A DNA stretch of 64,000 bases from positions 682,001 to 746,000 of the forward strand of contig JBEWZL010000077.1 of NCBI GenBank assembly GCA_045837725.1, written 5' to 3'. The notes under the pieces were generated by a model that was given only the letters and a program-made list of their open reading frames with translations, made no database searches and was not told the DNA's origin. The DNA is from Vermamoeba vermiformis. Lineage: Eukaryota. Below, in pieces: positions 12,663-25,260 of the stretch; positions within the stretch are counted from its first letter, which is position 1, and each line of letters opens with the position of its first letter. Both the position numbers and the translations under genes were made by a program.

Positions 12663-14815
12663 TTACAATTTAGCCTTCATTAAGGCCATGTCCTTGAGAA
12701 CACGACGCAAGATCTTGCCTGACGCAGACTTGGGAATGACGTCAATGAACTCCACGCCACCACGAAGTCGTTTGCTGTTCGTCACTTTGGACTCGAGCCA
12801 CTTTGCAATGTCATCATGCGTCACATCTTTTTGACCTTCTTTCAGCACCACATATGCTTTGGGAAGCTCTCCTGCTTCTTCATTGGGCACTCCAATCACT
12901 GCTGCATCCGCCACTGCTGGATGTGTCACCAACAGTGCTTCGAGCTCGGCAGGAGCGACTTGAAAACCCTTGTACTTGATCAGTTCTTTCAGCCTGTCCA
13001 CGATGTAGTAATAGCCGTCTTCATCAATCTCGGCAATGTCACCGGTATGCAAAAAGCCGTCCTTGTCGATGGTGTTTGCCGTCGCTTTTGGGTTGTTCAG
13101 ATATCCGAGCATGACTGAGGGACCTCGAATGCAAAGTTCGCCAGCTATAGGGCCATAAAAAGATCTGTTAGGCATTGCATTTACGTGGCTAAATTGCTTA
13201 CCTTGGCGTACTCCGAGGGACTTGCCAGTCTCAATATCAATGATCTTAGCTTCCAAATTAGGCAACATAATTCCACACGAGCCAACTCTGCTTAATTTTA
13301 GCTATCGTCTTTATGTCAACGACGAATGTCGCCTACCTGAGAGTGGTCAAAGGTGTCATGTGACTACCGGGACTTAGTTCCGTCATACCATAACCTTGTC
13401 GAATCTGCAATAAGATCATTTTGTAACTATTAGTGTTATGATTACGATTGGCTGCGAGACTTACTGGAATCTTGAGCTTGTCCATAAACTCTTGTTGCAC
13501 GTCAGCGCCTAAAGGAGCAGCTGCGGACACGATCGATTTGATCGTTGAAATGTTGTACTTGGCGACAACTGGATGTTTAGCGAGTGCCAAGATGATTGGT
13601 GGCACGAGATGAGCCCATGAGACTTTGTACTTTTGGATCACTTCGAGGAATGGCACGAGCTCAAACTTCGCTACGACAACGACTGTGCAGCCCATTAATA
13701 AACCAAAGTGCAAGATCACAATCATGCCCTGAAAGGTAACAAGTAAGGAAAAATGTTGACCACAGGGAGTACAATAATTGCTCTAATACTTGCGTATATA
13801 TGGAAGAAAGGTAAAATTCCTAACAGAACTTCTTCGGAGCTCATTGCCGCGCCTTCCGCAGCGGTAATTTGAAGCAAGTTGGTGACGATATTGTAGTGAC
13901 TCAAACAGACACCCTTCGGCAATCCTGTCGTGCCACTGGAATACGGAAGTGCTGCGATGTCTTTATGAATGTCAATAGCGGGAATTTGTGGCTGTAAAAC
14001 GTGTTAGAAAGTTGCAAAAGTTAGGCGAAGTAGGACCCTAACAACGATGGAAATTTCGGAAAACGAGAGTTTGGCACGTAAATCGAGCCAATATTACTTC
14101 TAATTAACTTACATTATTGCCATGTTTCAATAGTTCGCTGAATGAAATCGCATCTGGTGCGGAATCGAAAACAAAAAGATTTTTGGGGTTCAATCCTGCA
14201 ATCTTCATTGCCTCCTGGGCCTTTTCAATGAACACAGATACGGTAATAAGGTACTTTGCTTTCGCGTCTGATAATTGATGCGCCAACTCCTCAGCGGTGT
14301 AAAGTGGATTCGCCGTGGTGACGGTTCCACCTAAAGGGAACATTCGAAATTAACTTTGCTTAAGACTTCTAAAATATAAAACAAGCATACCCGATAAAAG
14401 TACGCCTTGGAACACGACCTAGAATCAATAATAAGCACGAGGTGATTTTAAAAAGCATTTTTTGAAGTTTTAAAACTTACAGGGAAATATATTATATTGG
14501 GACTATAAATACAAAATACCTCATTTTGTTTGAATCCGTGGTGCTGAATGCCTTTTGCAAACTATTTCGATAAAATGTCAGAAATATCGGGGCAGATCTG
14601 AGTTCGGTTTTGCCAAGATAGCGACAATGTTAAATTACCTGTTTAATTAATTGTGCTAACGCGAAAAATGTAATTGTAGTTCCAGAAGCACTGTCAATTA
14701 GAGCGGGCTTACTTCCAAACTTCGCAATCCGCTCCAGCATGAACTCTGCTACTGAAATGTGAGGCACATCAACGTCCTCATATTTACTTTTGAATATAAT
14801 ATCTTGATTACTCAT
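12663..14815 (-). CDS. 4-coumarate-CoA ligase-like / luciferase-like acyl-CoA synthetase, peroxisomal (PTS1 -AKL); copy 1
   Basis: [60 protein letters not shown]-terminal AKL. Confidence 0.92.
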
Positions 14816-14938
14816 GATTGTCGTTGTTTGTTGAAAAGATAAACCAAAACTAAAATTAAATAGAAATATTGAAAATTTCATCTCTTCATTTCTAGATGTC
14901 AAAGGTAATCACGTGCTGCAGAATATTTACTATTAAAT

Positions 14939-17242
14939 TTACAATTTAGCCTTCATTAAGGCCATGTCCTTGAGAACACGACGCAAGATCTTGCCTGACG
15001 CAGACTTGGGAATGACGTCAATGAACTCCACGCCACCACGAAGTCGTTTGCTGTTCGTCACTTTGGACTCGAGCCACTTTGCAATGTCATCATGCGTCAC
15101 ATCTTTTTGACCTTCTTTCAGCACCACATATGCTTTGGGAAGCTCTCCTGCTTCTTCATTGGGCACTCCAATCACTGCTGCATCGGCCACTGCTGGATGT
15201 GTCACCAACAGCGCTTCGAGCTCTGCAGGAGCGACTTGGAAACCCTTGTACTTGATCAATTCTTTCAGTCTATCGACTATATAGTAATAGCCTTCTTCGT
15301 CGACGTAGCCAATGTCTCCCGTGTGCAAGAATCCGTCCTTGGCAATCGTGTTCTCAGTAGCCTTCTTGTTGTTCCAGTAACCCAACATCACAGTCGGTCC
15401 TCGCACGCAGACCTCACCACCTGTCAAACAGTAGTCAGTACCCCGTTGCGTTGTGAATGTGAAATTTCAAAAGCTTACTTTCACCCACGCCCAATGACTT
15501 GCCAGTCTTGACGCACATGATCTTGGCTTCAGTGTTAGGCACTAACATGCCGCATGATCCATGTCTATTAGCAAGGTCAGTACTGTTTCACTCCGTGATC
15601 CGGATCTACACTTACTTTACTGCTTTGTGCGGAATAATGTGACTCACGGGACTCAATTCGGTCATACCATAACCTTGACGGATCTAATGACATTACGCAA
15701 ATCAGTCACGAACATTACGCAGCCAATAAGGTCGTGAAAGACTCACAGGGATCTTGAGCTTGTTCATAACTTCTTGCTGAAGCTCGGCACCAAGCGGGGC
15801 AGCACCGGAAACTACGGAACGGAGCGACGAAATGTCATACTTTGATACCATTGGATGTTTAGCGAGTGCCAAGATGATTGGTGGCACGAGATGAGCCCAT
15901 GAGACTTTGTACTTCTGGATCACTTCGAGGAATGGCACGAGCTCAAATTTGGGCACAACAACAATACTATTGCCAGTTGCCAAGCCGAGATTCAATACTG
16001 CAACCATGCCCTACCATATTACTGATAAGAAAGGCTATTCAAACCGGCCATGTCACAGTTTGACACGTGTCAATTTTTTTTAATGTTGCTAACGGTTAGG
16101 GCGAAATATTTGGTCAAAGTTACTTACGTAGATGTGAAAAAAGGGCAGCACACCCATCAAAACGTCATCTGAAGTCATAATACCCTTCTCTATGGCTATC
16201 AGTTGAACCAAATTGGTGACGATGTTGTGGTGGCTCAAACAAACGCCCTTTGGCAATCCTGTCGTGCCACTTGAGTAAGGCAATGCTGCGACGTCTTTTT
16301 TAACGTTCACTGAAGGAATTACGGGCTACAAAGAAAACGTTAGCGAATTTATTCGGTTATTTGATAATAATTTAAAATGCTTTTTCCTGATTAGAAATAA
16401 AATTATTTTAATAATTACGTTATCGCCATGTTTAAGAAGTGACGAGAAAGGTGTCACATCCGGAGCTTCACCAAAGACGAACAAGTTCTTGTTGTTCAAG
16501 CCAGCTACTCTGACCGCTTCTTTTGCCTTGTCAACGAATGCAGGTACTGTAACGAGATATTTGGCTTTTGAATCAGATAACTGATGCGCTAGCTCTTCGG
16601 TCGTGTAAAGTGGATTTGAAGTCGTTACAGTTCCGCCTTATTCACCGAATGTAAATCAGTAAATGATCATAAATACTAATAAATATGGTGGTTATTACCG
16701 GCTAATAAAACTCCATGAAACACGACCTAGTTTGTGGATTTGTTAGCGAATGTCAATCGTGGGAGTAACGAAATCATACTCACCGGGAAATAAACAACGT
16801 TAGGGCTGTATATACACAACACATCATGTCTCTTGAAACCAACTGCTTGAAGGCCCTTAGCAACCTAGCACAGATGTCAGTAGCGTGATCCGAAATTTAG
16901 TTTTTGTGGGTAGACTGAATATAATTTTCTAATAATTTTTTTATTAATTTAATGGAATAATTCAATCACTTGACAATCAAATTTTGTTGTGGGAATGTCA
17001 GATCCAATTATCAACAAAATAATAAAATAGTCCTTTTTATTGCCGCAATAATTAAGCTAAATTACCTGCTTTATTAATGTGACCAATTGGCTATACGATA
17101 TTGAGCTTCCGGTGACGCTATCTATAAGTGCGGGCTTATTTCCGAACTTGGGCATCCTTTCAAGCAAAAACTCTGGCAGAGATATTATAGGAATATCAAC
17201 GTCAGGAAATTTGCTCGTAAAAATAATTTCTTGATTGCTCAT
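14939..17242 (-). CDS. 4-coumarate-CoA ligase-like acyl-CoA synthetase, peroxisomal (-AKL); tandem copy 2
   Basis: Same AMP-binding motifs and the same intron positions as copy 1. Confidence 0.92.
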
Positions 17243-17391
17243 TTGTGTTCGCTTGTCAGAAACAACTGTGGTACCTATGTTGTTCAACAAACAGGCAAAA
17301 AACGGTGTGTATCAAATAATAAAATTGATAAAAGCGTTATATTTTATTAACAAAAGAAGTTACTATCTACACTCTAGAATTACATTTAATC

Positions 17392-18843
17392 CTACTTGGT
17401 GGATTGCTGCTGTGGTGGTGGAGCTCTATTGGCAGAAATGATTGGCGGGGGTTGCACCGGTCTAAAACCAATCTGCGGCTTTGCCCATGGCTGCGGCTGA
17501 GGCAATTCGAGGTATGGCTGAGGATATTGAGCGAGGTTGGGTGGTGGTTGAGCGAGGTAGGGCTGAGGATAAGGCTGAGGTTGCGCGAATTGCGGTTGTG
17601 GCGTGGCATGTTGCGGAGGGGGTAGCAATGGCTGAGGCGGGGGCGGGTAAGCTAGTCTGAGGTTACTTGGAGGCACGCTAGGCATGGCTGACGTATAATA
17701 AGGCATGGCTGAGGGCTGCGGAATTGGTTGTGGCTGCACGTCGTAGAACTGTGGCGGTGGCATCATGCGGCTTCTTGAAAAGTTATGTACAAGATGAGCT
17801 TGAACCGTTCTCTTGTGATAAACCACACGGCGAGATTTGAACGTGGTAAAAAGTTGTTTGTTCTGCAACGTTTCCAGCGACGATGCATCGACACCAAGGT
17901 CCACTACAAAGGTCACGTCGGATAAGAGTTGATTTGGCACGATAACTGTAGGCTTGACGAAATAGTCCGTGAGCTTGACGTACTCTTCAACTTGCACGTT
18001 CGAAAATGCGTTAGTTTGCAGGGTGGTGGGTGCTAACTGACTAGCCAACAACGGCGCGCACTTGGTTTTGAAATAATACATTTTGATCTCTTTGCGGAAG
18101 TTGAAATGACCAACGAGCCTCTTATTGAGCGTGTCAAACGGCACTGTAAGGTTCAGAGGCTTGCCGTCAATTTCAAACTTTCGTCCGTTGCGCATTGTTT
18201 GGAGCACGTGATTTGCAAAGCGTGAGGAGATTACAGGCGCAGTAAGTGGCGGCGCATTAGGCCTTGTAATGGGTCCTGATCGTGACGGCGGAAAGTACAT
18301 TGGCTGAATAGGCCTCGGCATGTCTACTTGTGGAGTAGGACGATTAAGGAGTTGTGCCCACAGGTAGTTATTCTGAGATCAAGTTAATCAAAGCTCGATC
18401 TGACGAAATTTCATAATTGGTTCAAGCAAAGCGTAATAGATTTTCATCTGAAATATTATAATATTAACAGAATTTGCATAAAGTTGTAAAAAGAGCGCTT
18501 ACTGGACCTAAAGTTTCATGATGGAACTTGCGACAAGTCATGGTCAAGTGGACGTAGTCTGGGACATCCAAATATTGTAATAATACAACCATATTATCTT
18601 CGTTCAAACTACGAAGAGGTGAAGGCAATTGATCGAAGGCAGCACTGAAGAAAATTCGAAAAAGTTAGAACCTTTGCATAAAAATAGAACGAAATAGCAC
18701 TAAGCTTGCGATATAAGTAGATGATTATTTAAATAATAAGCAAATTTTCATTTGGCGTAGTGAATTTAGATTTGGGTTTTGGAGATTCGATCGAGTTCCG
18801 AACTTCGAACTAATAGCGAAATTCTAACTTACATGTTTCCCAT
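17392..18843 (-). CDS. F-box protein with Pro/Gln-rich C-terminal tail and possible N-myristoylation site
   Basis: Spliced N-terminus MGNIAAFDQLPSPLRSLNEDNMVVLLQYLDVPDYVHLTMTCRKFHHETLGP|NNYLWAQLL joins in frame to ORF 17392-18321, which contains PQPQPYPQPY repeats. Confidence 0.65.
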
Positions 18844-19024
18844 CTGTGACTTAACAAAGTTGATAAGAGTTTCTAATAGATTCGTGTGCTTACGTTGTTG
18901 GTTGATAAAAATAAAGTTGCGCTACGTCGTTCGTTGAAAACAAGCACGTGATCATTTCGCACAAAAATAGAAAGTTTTATTAGAAACCAACCCAAATAAT
19001 AACAAATACAGTAAGTAAAGGTTA

Positions 19025-20541
19025 TCATTTCAATTGAATAAAGAACTCTCCGGCATTTGGTTCAGTTGGATCGCGAATACTTAACATAACGCCCGACGGA
19101 TACTTGTTGCTCAATTTCATCGCTTTTCCGATGTATTCTAGACCGATCTTAGGATCTTTTAACTTGTTCGCATAGATCCATCCAATCGCTTCGTTTGCCG
19201 CAGCTTGCCAATTGGGATCAGTCGTGCCCTCCAAAATTTGTTGAAATTTTTCTAAGGCTTCTTGATATCGTCCTAATCTCTTCAATATCTTTCCTGCGTT
19301 CTCGCTAACCCTAAGTGACGGTTTTTCTGCCTTTTCTAAAAATTTCAATGCGTCTTCGTCCTTGCCAATGCGAGTCATAAAATGACAATTTTTGTTACGT
19401 TTTGAGGGGTAGGCGTCAGCGAGGCAAAGAACTGAAAAACTTCTTCTTTAATAGCCGCACTATCACTTGTTTCTTCTAGATCGTAAATTGCTCGACTGAT
19501 ATTGCTTAAATTTTGTTCGACTTCGCTGCCAAGTTTAATTGCATTCAAGTACGCTCTAATTGCTTCTGCATAATTTCGGTGCGATATATGAATATAAGCA
19601 AGCTGATTATATGCATGGCCATAAGTTGGTTCGAATTCTAAGGCTTTGTCAAAACATTTCGTCGCTTCTTCAAATTGATGGAGATCAACGAGCAAATATC
19701 CTTTCTGATAGTGATAATCGGCGTTCTCTGGGTCTAATTCGATGCCGATATTAATGTGCTTAATTATATCGGTCTTATATTGCTTCATAGACAGCTGTTG
19801 CAGTGCCATCGCTTTTGCGAAATGAGCTTCCGCAAATCGAGGACTAATTTCAATCGCTTTGTCTAATAGTGATACTGAATTTTTGTTAACACGACGGCCT
19901 TTAATGTTAGCATTGGCTTGTTGAAAGTAAGCCAGAGCAAGGTTTGGATTCATTTTCAAAGACGTTTTGAATCCGGAGTCTGAGTTGGTCACTGTCTCCT
20001 TTAAATACCAGTAGTATTCGTTTGATGGATCATATTTAATAAGCTCTTCAAGTAACTCTTCAGGATCTTCTGATTCTAAGTTGGTTTCCAGTGAATCCAA
20101 CACATCCCAAAAAAGAATCACCTTGAGGAGGCGGGTCCAATTAGATTTCTCATCATTGAGGTATTTGGTAACTATATCGCCAAGCTTTGACATCAGTTCT
20201 TCAATTTTAAGCAGTGGATCGGGGATTCTACGATGAATAATATTTTCCCGCGAGCGGATTCGCATGTAACTTTCAATTAAATACAATACTTCTTCTTCAA
20301 AGGTCTTCTCCTGCGAGTTTCTATGATCTTCTAATATTTTTGACGCTCTTCTAAGCCAGCGATGGGCACCGAGTGCATCTTGGGGGCAAAAGATCGCAAC
20401 GGACCAAACCAGACCAAAAAAGCACAGCTTCTCTTCTAATAGTTCAAATACTATATTGCGTGCTGTTGGATTGTCACCTAATAATCCCAATTGAAAGGCT
20501 TCTTGGTATTCACCGGGAATCTTATTTTTGATCGGCTCCAT
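19025..20541 (-). CDS. TPR repeat protein with an apparent 1-nt frameshift near 19378
   Basis: Multiple TPR motifs (AEAHFAKAMAL, YHYQKGYLL..FEEATKCFDKALEFEP, LGRYQEALEKF) lie in two overlapping ORFs. Confidence 0.75.
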
Positions 20542-20982
20542 CTGCAATAAACGTGTTAATTTATGAGCTAAAATATTACAATATTACACCAAAAAATTAA
20601 ATATGATTCGAGAAGCAATACATGATGGATTTGTGGGTTTACAGTCAGAAATTGTGTAACATTAGAAGCATACCTAAAATTCTGTCGTATAAATATTATA
20701 AGCCGTACTCTGTATATATATGCACGGCGATATAAATAAACGAATGACTTGAATTGGCGGAACTAAAATAATGTTGGATCACAAACGGGACCCGCGTGAA
20801 ACGGGCGTCTCGACTTGCACAGACTCCTAAAAAAATTTCATCCGAAACAACCAAAGCAGAAGTTTCAAAGTCGTAGCTGAGAGACATGAAAATTAAGCAT
20901 TACAAGTTGTTTTAGGCAAAATCGACGAATTAATCATTCAGCTGTCAAAGATCTAGATCTGAATTCGGCAAAATAAGTTAGT

Positions 20983-22356
20983 TTAATTCGGTCGATCGAT
21001 TACATCGGCAATAATAGTAGTCAAAAATATGATTAAGGGGTTCCACACGATAATCTGCCGCGCCATATCGAGGATGTTCGTCCAAACAACGGATCCGGTC
21101 TCCCAAGGATTCTTCAATAAAGTTTGTCTTAAATCGACTTTTTCTTTGCAATACGGGCACACGTCTTTCTTGCCAACAATAGTCCATCCTCTAATACAAA
21201 ATTCATGGAACCTAAGAGGAAAAAATGTAAGTACATCCGCCTAACTCCGTGCCCAAAAAGATCGAAAACCATTGGTTGAGTATTACATATAAATATGCAA
21301 AATAATAGATTTAAATTGTGGAATAGAGCTTTAACTAAGAGTGTAATTTCGGTTTTTGTTTTATGACTCTTATTATAATCGACCTACTTGTGATTGCAAT
21401 TCAGTTCGTAAGTTTTGCCGAAAAATCCAGTGTTGTCAAAGTCCAGTCGATCACCGCACACAGCACAAATATCTCGCTCTAAATGACGTGCTGGCAAACC
21501 ACTGCTCGACGAGTACTATCATTAACATAGACATTAATACATATACCGTCATATTAATACTGTACATAGTGCTTGCAAATGTTACTCTCGCACAAAAAAG
21601 AATTTCTGACGTAAATTGAAAAAATTACTTACGCCCATTGTAGAGGCCATTCTTTCTGCACAAACTTCAGCTAAATCACGGCCTAATACTCCAAAATAGA
21701 TGCCGTATAATACTAATAAGAAAGCAGGGCCGACTAAGAATCCAAAAGCGCCAGCAAGAACAGATCCCCAAACTGCTAGCACGAGCATGCCGTAGCCGAT
21801 CAGATCGGCATACCAAGAGATCTTATATGTCGCGAAGAACCAAGCGTAAACTCGCCTATAGCATCATTAATACTATAACTCGAGTACTAATTGAAAATTA
21901 TCGAGGCTGATCGGATTTTACCTTGGGGTTTCGACACGAAGAGGACGTTGAAGAGCAAATCGGATAACGATGCCACTTCCAATAGTAAATAAAGTCCATA
22001 TTGTCATAAATCGATAGAATCGGTTGTAAATAGCAAAAATGAGTGGCAATACCCAAACTCCAATTAGCGTCACATTACGGAATGAACTAAATTAAAAAAA
22101 TTAGGGAACTGTAATATGTAATATATACAGCACGAAGGATGGCTTAGAAAATGGAAACTAAATTTTAGAAAATAATTATTCGGTTGATCCAGCATTTATT
22201 GAAAAAACGAAATCGAAATTACCTGTAATACTTCTTTTTCCAATATGATATTCCAACGTGAGCAAATGTAATAAATAATAAAATAAATAGCATAACATAG
22301 GCGTGAAGTTTTTCATGCCCAACGTGAGATCCGTGTTCTGCATGACCGCCTTCCAT
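20983..22356 (-). CDS. RNF121: RING-H2 transmembrane E3 ligase, RNF121/RNF175-like
   Basis: Spliced protein contains [74 protein letters not shown] and NPWE. Confidence 0.88.
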
Positions 22357-22805
22357 TTTTATATTGCTCTTTAGCGTGGTAGAAATAAATTAACGACTGA
22401 TGTGTTGTGCTCTACCACGTCATAGTTTGTACAAGCGAAATTACTTTTTTCGATCCATTTGATAATTGTTGTTGTGCCCCAGAATCGAACACCGCTGCCC
22501 TGAAAGTATTAACCCTGATTTAATATAAAAAATTATAGCATGCCAATTATGACGCTGCCAAAGTGAACTGAAGAGCGACTCTAGCGGAACGGGTATTTTC
22601 CGTATGAAGGATTTTACGTGACTTACGACAGTCTAAATCAATCTTAGTGAGTTAATCGGGGAAATTACCGGCGAAACCTTTATTCGCTCCGCACTTCTGA
22701 CGTGTCCACCAGGGCTCGATTCCGTCTCGTGACCAGTCGTTCCGCGAGAGATAAATTTGCCACCCTGCATCAGTCACTTCATTATTCTATAAGAGAGAAC
22801 CACAA

Positions 22806-23291
22806 ATGTCACGAGGTAGTAACAAAACTGATCTTAACAGCTGTGAGTGCGAGCATCTGCCTTTCGCGCCAAGTAACATCTATAAAACTCTTACCACTGT
22901 GCCTGGATACCAAGAATGGTGGCCAAAATCAATGCCTTTATCAGTGATTAAAGAGTCACCGGAAGTTATAGGAACGCAGCTTGCCATGGGTTCGTGGGCT
23001 GGAAAGTTAGCAATTCAGATCGACAAATGTGAACAAGACTCAACCTTTGGATTAAAGTTTAATGAAGGCTCAATATTAGGCGATTTAACGTGGCGAATTA
23101 TTCCGGGTGAGTCTTTAAATCAAAGCAAATTATGTTACTCGGCGGATGTGAAACCAAATTCTACGCTTGCCAGAGTAATGGTTCCGTTATTCAAAGATCG
23201 ATTTCTGAAGAACGTTGCCAAGGAATTAACCTCCGCCCTACAAAAGCAATTAGAAACTCAAGCACTGACCACGCAACTCAATTCAACTTAA
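22806..23291 (+). CDS. SRPBCC/START-fold (polyketide cyclase-like) protein, single exon
   Basis: 161 aa with APSNIYKTLTTVPGYQEWWP, a beta-rich core and a C-terminal amphipathic helix. Confidence 0.65.
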   Translation: MSRGSNKTDLNSCECEHLPFAPSNIYKTLTTVPGYQEWWPKSMPLSVIKESPEVIGTQLAMGSWAGKLAIQIDKCEQDSTFGLKFNEGSILGDLTWRIIPGESLNQSKLCYSADVKPNSTLARVMVPLFKDRFLKNVAKELTSALQKQLETQALTTQLNST

Positions 23292-23484
23292 TTTTGGTTA
23301 ATTATCCTTTGCTGTAAATACTGTAAATAAATCTCCTACTATAATGCGCCCCCTATTCAATTGTGAATTTCTTGACGTAATTAATTAACATTGATTCAAT
23401 TTCAGTAAATTTAAACCATGTGATCTGTTTATTTTGGACAATGCTACCCAACTACTTAAGACTATAAACTAAAGAATTGACTCG

Positions 23485-24719
23485 TTAGAGGTTGACATTA
23501 GCGCAGACATCGAGTTTGCCGTTGAGCGGGAGAATAGATCCGCCGACAAAAGCAGAGTTGAAATCACCCAAGCAAGCGCTGATCTGAGCGAGCGACAAGT
23601 TGCACAAAGCAGAGGGAAGACCGGCAGTAGTGCATCTATTAGCACAACCACCGAAGAGGAATTGCCCGGCTTGAACTACAGCGTCAATCGAGAAACCGCT
23701 GCACAGGTTGTTTTTGAAGCACATATTTGCGAGGGGTGTGCCGCAGTTAGGAGTGCTACCACATTGGTCAAGACCGAGATTTAGTTGCGCGGCGACGAGC
23801 TGACCAGAAAGCAAGGATCGAATGAGATTGAAAGGCAAATTTAACAAGCTGCCAAGGGACAGATCCAACGACAGGTCGATGCCCGACAAAAGGTTAGTGA
23901 GCGAGAGAGAAGTGGTGAGGTTCAAGAACGAGTTGCAGCCTCCAACACCAACTTGTAAGCCCAAATCGAAGCACGTGTCGAAGAGATCCGGCAAGATCTG
24001 GAGTGCCTTGAAGTCAGCAATAGTTCTCGTGTTCTTGTAGCACGGTGTAGGCGGTTGAACTGGCGCCGCAACGGGGACTTTAACAGGGGCTGCAACTGGT
24101 GTGGCAACTGGAGCAGCAACAGGGATCTTGACTGGAGCAGCGATTGGCGTGGCCACGGGAACTTGAACTGGCACGCAGTCTAATGATTTCCTTATTTAGT
24201 AATATGCTGAAATACACTAAAGTCACTATGACTCGCTTATGATTGCGATAGAAAAGGCAAAATATCAAAACTGGAAATTTGAGCTCGGAAGTAGGACGCG
24301 TACCTTTAGAGCGAGGAGTTGTGGGAACAAATCCATTGTCGCATTTGCAACCACAGCAGCCAATTCCACCGTCACACTCTTCATTGCCAACAACGCGATT
24401 GTCACCGCAAACTATTTGCAAAAAACAATAATTAACTTCGTGTCCATATGCACGCTTAGAATATTATTATAATAAATTTCTTAAACTTACTAGGCTCGCA
24501 GACTTGCGATACAGGGAAAGTCGATCGCCAGCCACTCAAACACAAACAATGATCTGGTTGACAGCCCAACGCACCCGCTGAACATTGGTACGTGCCCACA
24601 TCGCAGGCTAAAGCAATTCATCGTTAATATTTTACATTACACTATAGTATTTAGTACTTACTTGCTGCAGCAAGCGCAATTAAGCAGGTAGAAAATACGA
24701 GGAAAGTTGTCGAACGCAT
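23485..24719 (-). CDS. Secreted cysteine-rich protein with a CGD..EECD module, Pro/Val/Ala/Thr stalk and Cys-rich C-terminal domain
   Basis: Signal peptide MRSTTFLVFSTCLIALAAA; CGDNRVVGNEECDGGIGCCGCKCDNGF; (PVAA/PVAT/PVKV)n stalk. Confidence 0.7.
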
Positions 24720-25260
24720 CTTCGAAATAAGATAGGAATTGAGATATTTTAGTGTTGCCTTGTTGTTGTTTGTATTGATTTTTTGTTGATTGAAAAAGAA
24801 ATGCGGATCCAACTCGCCTTTAAGGACGTGATAAACTCAAAAATTTCAACGCGTACCGAAATTTTAATCAAAATCCTAAATTAACTCAGAAAATAATTCC
24901 ACGATCTAATTTATTGTTAAATAAGAAATTCCACTAAACCTTCGTGCGGAATCGGTAAAACTGAAATATTAAAATTCAAATCTACCCAAAATTTTTTTGC
25001 GCTACCGAATAGTATGATATCACGCACAGTATAGGTTATTTTAAATATTTCAGCTTAATTCGCGTTATACAACGGTCGCTTAGCTTACCTTCAACACTAG
25101 ATTCGCTTGGTGGCTTTGACGCTTCCTTGTTTTAATATGACCATTGGACGCGCTTATTAATTATTAGTATAATTCCATTTTGCGTTGTGGTTACGTTCAA
25201 ATTGTTGCAATTTATCATTCAAACAATTCCGCTTTTACGATCACACATCTCGCTTGCACC

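Noticed and set aside
22497..22520. U3 box A'-like TACTTTCAGGG (minus strand) and telomerase-template-like TAACCCT (also ~1495)
   Set aside because: Short matches only; U3 box A and a full 1.5-repeat template are absent.
22568..22680. Hammerhead-like core CTGAAGAG ... GCGAAAC
   Set aside because: No convincing stems I and III or NUH cleavage site; the proximal partner reads GGAAC rather than GAAAC.
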